Part shown: positions 59,499 to 64,000 of the stretch, one piece after another
How the letters are laid out: each line of letters starts with the position of its first letter
How positions within the stretch are numbered: position 1 is the stretch's first letter
From: Fistulifera solaris
Taxonomy: Eukaryota
Direction: 5' to 3'
Length of the DNA: 64,000 nt
Assembly: GCA_030295235.1 (NCBI GenBank)
Contig: AP026125.1
Span: 992,001-1,056,000 of the forward strand
Program-made: the position numbers and the translations under genes
The notes under the pieces: model-generated
The model's input: the letters and a program-made list of their open reading frames with translations, nothing else
Told to the model about the DNA's origin: nothing
The model's database searches: none

Positions 59499-60508
59499 TT
59501 ATATCGTAAACTTTAATCGCCCCTCTCTTCGGCCCTTGAATGGTAGTCGGATGCAATAGAGTCCACCAGCGTGAGGTTCTTTCTTAGCATCTCTCCCCTC
59601 CGCAGCACTTGTGATGAAAAGGACGTCCATGTCTTTGCCTCCATAGCAGCAGCAAGTCACTTGCGAAGTACCATCCGGCATGTGTACGGTGAACACAATT
59701 TGACCACTCTGGGGATCGATACGATGTACCATGCCTGGACCAGCACCGGCTCGCCATACCGCATTCCAGATGTAACCTTCGCTATCCACGCAACTACCAT
59801 CTGGGACGCTATGCTCGTCGATACTCTTCGTGTGCACGAGTGTCTTGTTGGATAGGTTGCCGTTTGTCGAATTGTAGTCAAACGAGTAAATTTGACGTGT
59901 CGGTGAGTCGGCGAAGTAGAGCTTGGAAGAATCTGTACTCCAGCATAGACTGTTCGTCGTAGATATGTTCTCAATACTGGGTCGATGGACTAGCATCCCG
60001 TCCGAACCTTGCTCACACTGGAAAACCTTCATCTTGATGTTAGAATCTCCCCGTTGTGCCCACCCGAAAGAAAGCGGTTTCCCTGGGGTTCCACGCGCCC
60101 ATCATTCAATCGACTGCCGCCCTTCATAGGATTGACATCCTCACCCACGCTTTCGCGACCAAGAGGCTTCTGTAATTCCATGTCATAGAGTTGAAAACTA
60201 TCCTCCCAGGCACACAATAGAGGGAGCGATTCGCTATCAGTCTCGAGCAATCCGAACGACCCTAATTGTTTCGGCAAATCATACACCGTGTGAACAACTT
60301 TCGTAACATCTGTCAAATCCAGTTTGTGAAACTTTTTATGGTTGATGTCGGTCCAGAGAACGCAGTTCTTTCGGTCGTCGTAAATGATTCCTTCTCCAAG
60401 ATCACAGCGACAGTCGAGCAAAAGACGTGCTGCCACAAAATCGCAGTGCTCCAGATCGACTGGAGTACTTTCCAATAGACTCGATAAATTCAAGTTCTCT
60501 GTTGTCAT
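59499..60508 (-). CDS. SMP-30/gluconolactonase (regucalcin-like); apparent frameshift at ~60045
   Basis: LGEGIIYD...VLWTDI, RLNDGRV, TNSLCWS...LYFADS, PDGSCVDSEGYIWNA, TCCCYGGKDMDVLFITSA. Confidence 0.92.
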
Positions 60509-60986
60509 GGTGAGTTTGACAATAACATTAGATGAAATGAAATGGACGAACAAAAATAGCAGCGCTTGCAAATATTTTTACATCACGAGGAGATCAATGC
60601 GCGAACGTATTACTATAGCTTCAAAGTGTCAGCGACCTTTCTCCACGACTGCATCTCAGTCATGAATCAAGATTTTCCCCCGCCCCACTGCTACACAACC
60701 ACCGCTCGTTCTGCAAGCCTTGTAAGCGAGAATTGTCGTGATCATGATGCGGTTATCATCAGCTTCTTTTTCATTGCACTCTTTTTTAATCTTCATTTCG
60801 AAAAGCCGTTCGGATCGCGACAATCGGTATTTACTATATGAGCCATGATTCTCCCGATCTTTTGCTGGGAGGAGGAGAATCTCACCGTGCAGAATGCTTC
60901 CCAGATGCTCTTTGCACGTGAATAAGACACGTTCTGCCCAGGTTTTCTGTGCACCGTTTTGTCGTGGTGACGACTCCTCACACACC

Positions 60987-61410
60987 CCCAGATTTTCTGG
61001 GAACTTGAAAAAGCCACCTACCCCGATTTTCTGGGAACGTGAAAACACAACATACCCAGTTTTTCTGGGAACGTGAAAGCACCGCACTCCCAGAATTTCT
61101 GGGAACTTGAAAACATCAATTCCACAGATTTTCTGGTAACGTGAAAGCATCAAATACCCAGATTTTCTGGGAACGTGAAAACATCACATACCGAGATTTT
61201 CTGGGAACGTGAAAAGCAACGTCCCCCGATTTTCTGGGAACGTGAAAAGCCACGTACCCCGATTTTCAGGGAACGTGAAAACGCCAAATACCCAGATTTT
61301 CTGGGAACGTGAAAAGGCCACTCACCCAGATTTTCTGGGAACTTGAAACCTCCGCACTCCCAGATTTTCTGGGGACTTGACTGACAACACAAGCTCGCAC
61401 AGATTTTCAC
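60987..61410 (+). repeat. Array of 12 x 33-34-bp units: 24-bp constant core CCCAGATTTTCTGGGAACGTGAAA plus 9-10-nt variable segment (family C)
   Basis: Units at 60987, 61021, 61055, 61089, 61123, 61157, 61191, 61224, 61257, 61291, 61325 and 61359; degenerate copies at ~60900, 60937 and 61398. Confidence 0.96.
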
Positions 61411-61666
61411 GGCACGCGTAAACATCACGACGACGATGATGACAAAATACCGGTAACAACAAAATGCAAAGCAATCAACGGTGTAAATTAATCCAGTCTT
61501 CTACATTGTGCTACATTGTCAACAATTCAAAACAGGAGCGCTAATTAGAAATTTGACGGTCAATACTTGTGACGAGAAGTTTTCTTCAGTAGCATCGAGG
61601 TTTTTTCCACAAAAGGATCGGTCGTCTGCGGCTTTGCACGATATTGGACAACGAAAAGTTGATGAA

Positions 61667-63289
61667 ATGGCTCACAAGCGAAAGCTTTTTGTGTCATTGT
61701 TAAGTGTGCATCTCGTTGTTTCATATTCACTCGTCATCAACAGCAACCGTTACCACTCTTTTAGCCGGATCAACCTTCTTCCTACAAAATATTCTGATCC
61801 TTTTTGTCGACTGGCAACGGCAACCATGATGCCGAAAGAGACCGATTCACTTCTCTCAAATAAGAGTTCTTTGCGACTACAAAAGGAAGACACAGAGGAG
61901 AGTCTGGAAACGAGGCAGCAGTCAACTGGTCGGAAGATTCTAGACCTCGCAATTCCAGCGGGTGCCGCTCTTCTCATTGACCCGTTAATGACCTTGGCCG
62001 ACACTGCCTTTGTTGGCCGCTTTGCCGACTCGCCGGTAGAGCTCGCTGGTATGGGATCGGCAGTGCCCATCTTGACGTTTTCGTTCTATCTATTTAACTT
62101 TTTGTGCACTGCCACAACACCACTGGTTGCTTCGAGTAGAGCGGCCGGCCAAGCGAAAGAAGCTGCCGCAGTGGGAGCGCAGGCGTTGACTTTGTCACTG
62201 GTTCTTGGTGCTACACTGACTATCACGTTACTGTCCTTGAAGCAAACGTTACTGACAGTCATGGGTACAGATATTACCGGAGAGATCGCCAATGGGTACG
62301 CGCTTGCGTTTCTATCAGTACGCGCTCTTGCCGCTCCAGCAGTATTGTGCATCGAAGCCTCCACAGGCGTTCTCAGGGGATATCTCGATACAAGGACACC
62401 CATTGTAATACTCATTGTTGCCAACTTGTTAAATTTGGCTCTCGATATAGTCTTGATTGCATTCGCTGGATTGGGACCTATGGGCGCCGCAATTGCTACC
62501 ACTACAGCCGAGTGGGTAAGCGCTGGATTATTTCTGGGTGTACTTTCCGGTACAATTCCTTCCGCATCTTCGTCTGTTGACGCTATCGAAATAAGGCCTT
62601 CTTTGTCAATCCCCACATGGCAAGAAGTTCGTCCCTTAATTGTTGCCTCGGCATCGGTGTTTTTTCGGGCTGTTGTATTGCAAGTGTCGCTTTCTGGCGC
62701 GGCTGCAATGGCAGCTCGAAGTGTATCTGAAGAAGCTGCGGTTGCAGTTGCTGCTCATCAAATCGGCATACAATTGTGGATTTTGTGCAGTTTCTTTTGC
62801 GACTCGCTAGCTGCCGCGAGTCAGGGTTTGGTCGCCGATGCTTTGGGCAGAAAAGACCCTGATGGTGTACGGGAAGTATCAAGAACGGTATTCGCTTATA
62901 GTCTATGTCTGGGGCTCTTCTTGGGACTACTCCTTCAAGTAGGAGAAGCAACAGGCTTGCTCTTTGAAATATTTACCGACGACGATTCAATCCAAGCCGC
63001 GCTCCATAAAATTCTTCCACTTATCGTTATTGCCCAACCACTAAATGCAATGGTATTTGCAGCCGATGGCGTCATTCAGGGGGCGTCAGAATTTACATTC
63101 CAAGCGAAAGCGATGGCATTATCGGGTTTGACGGCTGTATCTACCTTTGTGTGGCTTGAGATGGGCAATGCGGATGTTGCGACCCTGGTACATGTTTGGA
63201 CTGCGCTTATAGCGCTCCAGTCAATGCGTGGTCTCACGAGTTTATGGAAACTTGCTCAAAAGGACGGCACTATCAATCTCTTTGGATAA
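61667..63289 (+). CDS. MATE family efflux transporter (DinF-like) with targeting presequence
   Basis: ILDLAIPAGAALLIDPLMTLADTAFVGR, GVLRGYLDTRTP, GPMGAAIATT, AAHQIGIQLW, DSLAAASQGLVA; about 12 TM segments. Confidence 0.94.
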   Translation: MAHKRKLFVSLLSVHLVVSYSLVINSNRYHSFSRINLLPTKYSDPFCRLATATMMPKETDSLLSNKSSLRLQKEDTEESLETRQQSTGRKILDLAIPAGAALLIDPLMTLADTAFVGRFADSPVELAGMGSAVPILTFSFYLFNFLCTATTPLVASSRAAGQAKEAAAVGAQALTLSLVLGATLTITLLSLKQTLLTVMGTDITGEIANGYALAFLSVRALAAPAVLCIEASTGVLRGYLDTRTPIVILIVANLLNLALDIVLIAFAGLGPMGAAIATTTAEWVSAGLFLGVLSGTIPSASSSVDAIEIRPSLSIPTWQEVRPLIVASASVFFRAVVLQVSLSGAAAMAARSVSEEAAVAVAAHQIGIQLWILCSFFCDSLAAASQGLVADALGRKDPDGVREVSRTVFAYSLCLGLFLGLLLQVGEATGLLFEIFTDDDSIQAALHKILPLIVIAQPLNAMVFAADGVIQGASEFTFQAKAMALSGLTAVSTFVWLEMGNADVATLVHVWTALIALQSMRGLTSLWKLAQKDGTINLFG

Positions 63290-63477
63290 GCAACTGGTAC
63301 TATTCTCTTATCAGCGGGGTAAGTGCACTACTAGGTCACACAAAGGTCTTTTTGATGAGGACTACACACTAATTCAAAGATCTTGTTTCTAATTGCGATT
63401 CATCAAAGAAAATGGCCACGAGATAATGTCCATGAGACTTTACGACAAAAAGAGGCAGCAGAATACGGAATAAGATT

Positions 63478-64000
63478 TCAGAGTTCGACGTGACTCAAAA
63501 GTGCTTGAAACTTTAGGCCCATTTCTTGTTTCAGATGCAACGCCGACTGTTCGATCTCGAGAATGTTTCCGTGTTTCATATTCAATTCCGCTGATAAATC
63601 AAGAATTTTATCTTCAAAAGTTTTCCACCCGTCCTCAAACTGCAGATTCTTACTCATGATCGATTGAAAAAGTTCTTCGAATGATGGATCTGGCGAATCA
63701 ATCGCATCTTGTTCGGCCGTAACACCATCCATACACACATCACCCGTTTTAGTGAGTACTTCATCCGGTTCTTCTTTTGAGACATTTGTAGGATTGACTG
63801 CGCTTACATTTTGCACGTCCGAGGTCGCGGTGTTATCATTTTTACGTGGCGGAGCATTCAATAGAGATGAGCTCTTCTCGATTACGTTAGTGTCGGGAAT
63901 GTTTCTTGTCAATGTTGTAGTTCCTGGGGGGCTCTCGTCGCAACTGAAAGTGTCCATTCCTCCTAAAGTCACACGGCGCGGATTCACATGTACAGCGTCA
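63478..64000 (-). CDS. Hypothetical protein (3' part; may begin beyond the window)
   Basis: Open frame to the window edge; acidic low-complexity region and C-terminal coiled coil. Confidence 0.5.
   Translation of the reverse strand, partial: DAVHVNPRRVTLGGMDTFSCDESPPGTTTLTRNIPDTNVIEKSSSLLNAPPRKNDNTATSDVQNVSAVNPTNVSKEEPDEVLTKTGDVCMDGVTAEQDAIDSPDPSFEELFQSIMSKNLQFEDGWKTFEDKILDLSAELNMKHGNILEIEQSALHLKQEMGLKFQALLSHVEL

Noticed and set aside
836..60050. Programmed ribosomal frameshifting or mass pseudogenisation
   Set aside because: The breaks sit in homopolymers, go in both directions, share no slippery-site or stimulator motif, and affect essential genes; assembly error is far simpler.
60987..61410. 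Bona fide CRISPR array
   Set aside because: Variable segments are only 9-10 nt and mutually related, there are no cas genes, and the context is eukaryotic nuclear DNA. Kept only as an array of unknown function.
1..64000. tRNA or rRNA genes
   Set aside because: No cloverleaf with T-loop GTTCRA and matching acceptor stem, and no rRNA signature, was seen by eye. A tRNAscan-SE/Infernal run would be needed to exclude them.

Overview
Eukaryotic nuclear DNA, very probably from a diatom (stramenopile). The evidence is compact genes with short (about 60-100 nt) GT-AG introns, bipartite plastid presequences of the (A/S)AF-AP type, and a diatom-like gene set. About 30 protein genes are recognisable: glyoxalase II, DTWD1, SSB, CCCH zinc finger, HCF101-like, RRF, LNR membrane protein, F-box/cytochrome b5, Vps34, PuuE, PA-RING, thioesterase, HMG-box, SVIP-like, shikimate kinase, FKBP-TPR-cyclophilin, UvrD/PcrA, three CRAL-TRIO paralogs, multi-PAS hybrid histidine kinase, PPR-like, RING-RAWUL, SMP-30 and MATE. 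Many are broken by single-base indels in homopolymer runs, most likely long-read assembly errors. The unexplained structure is mostly non-coding. (i) An orphan intronless 1.1-kaa ORF with a near-perfect 1.1-kb in-frame duplication is followed by two ~200-nt copies of a putative structured RNA with compensatory changes. (ii) A 33-34-bp array family has a constant palindromic core and a short variable segment, and occurs at four loci, all in divergent promoter regions. (iii) A dispersed ~212-bp hairpin-containing repeat family occurs at three loci. (iv) A 179-bp non-autonomous Helitron-like element is inserted into one of the arrays. All calls were made by eye; no database searches were run.
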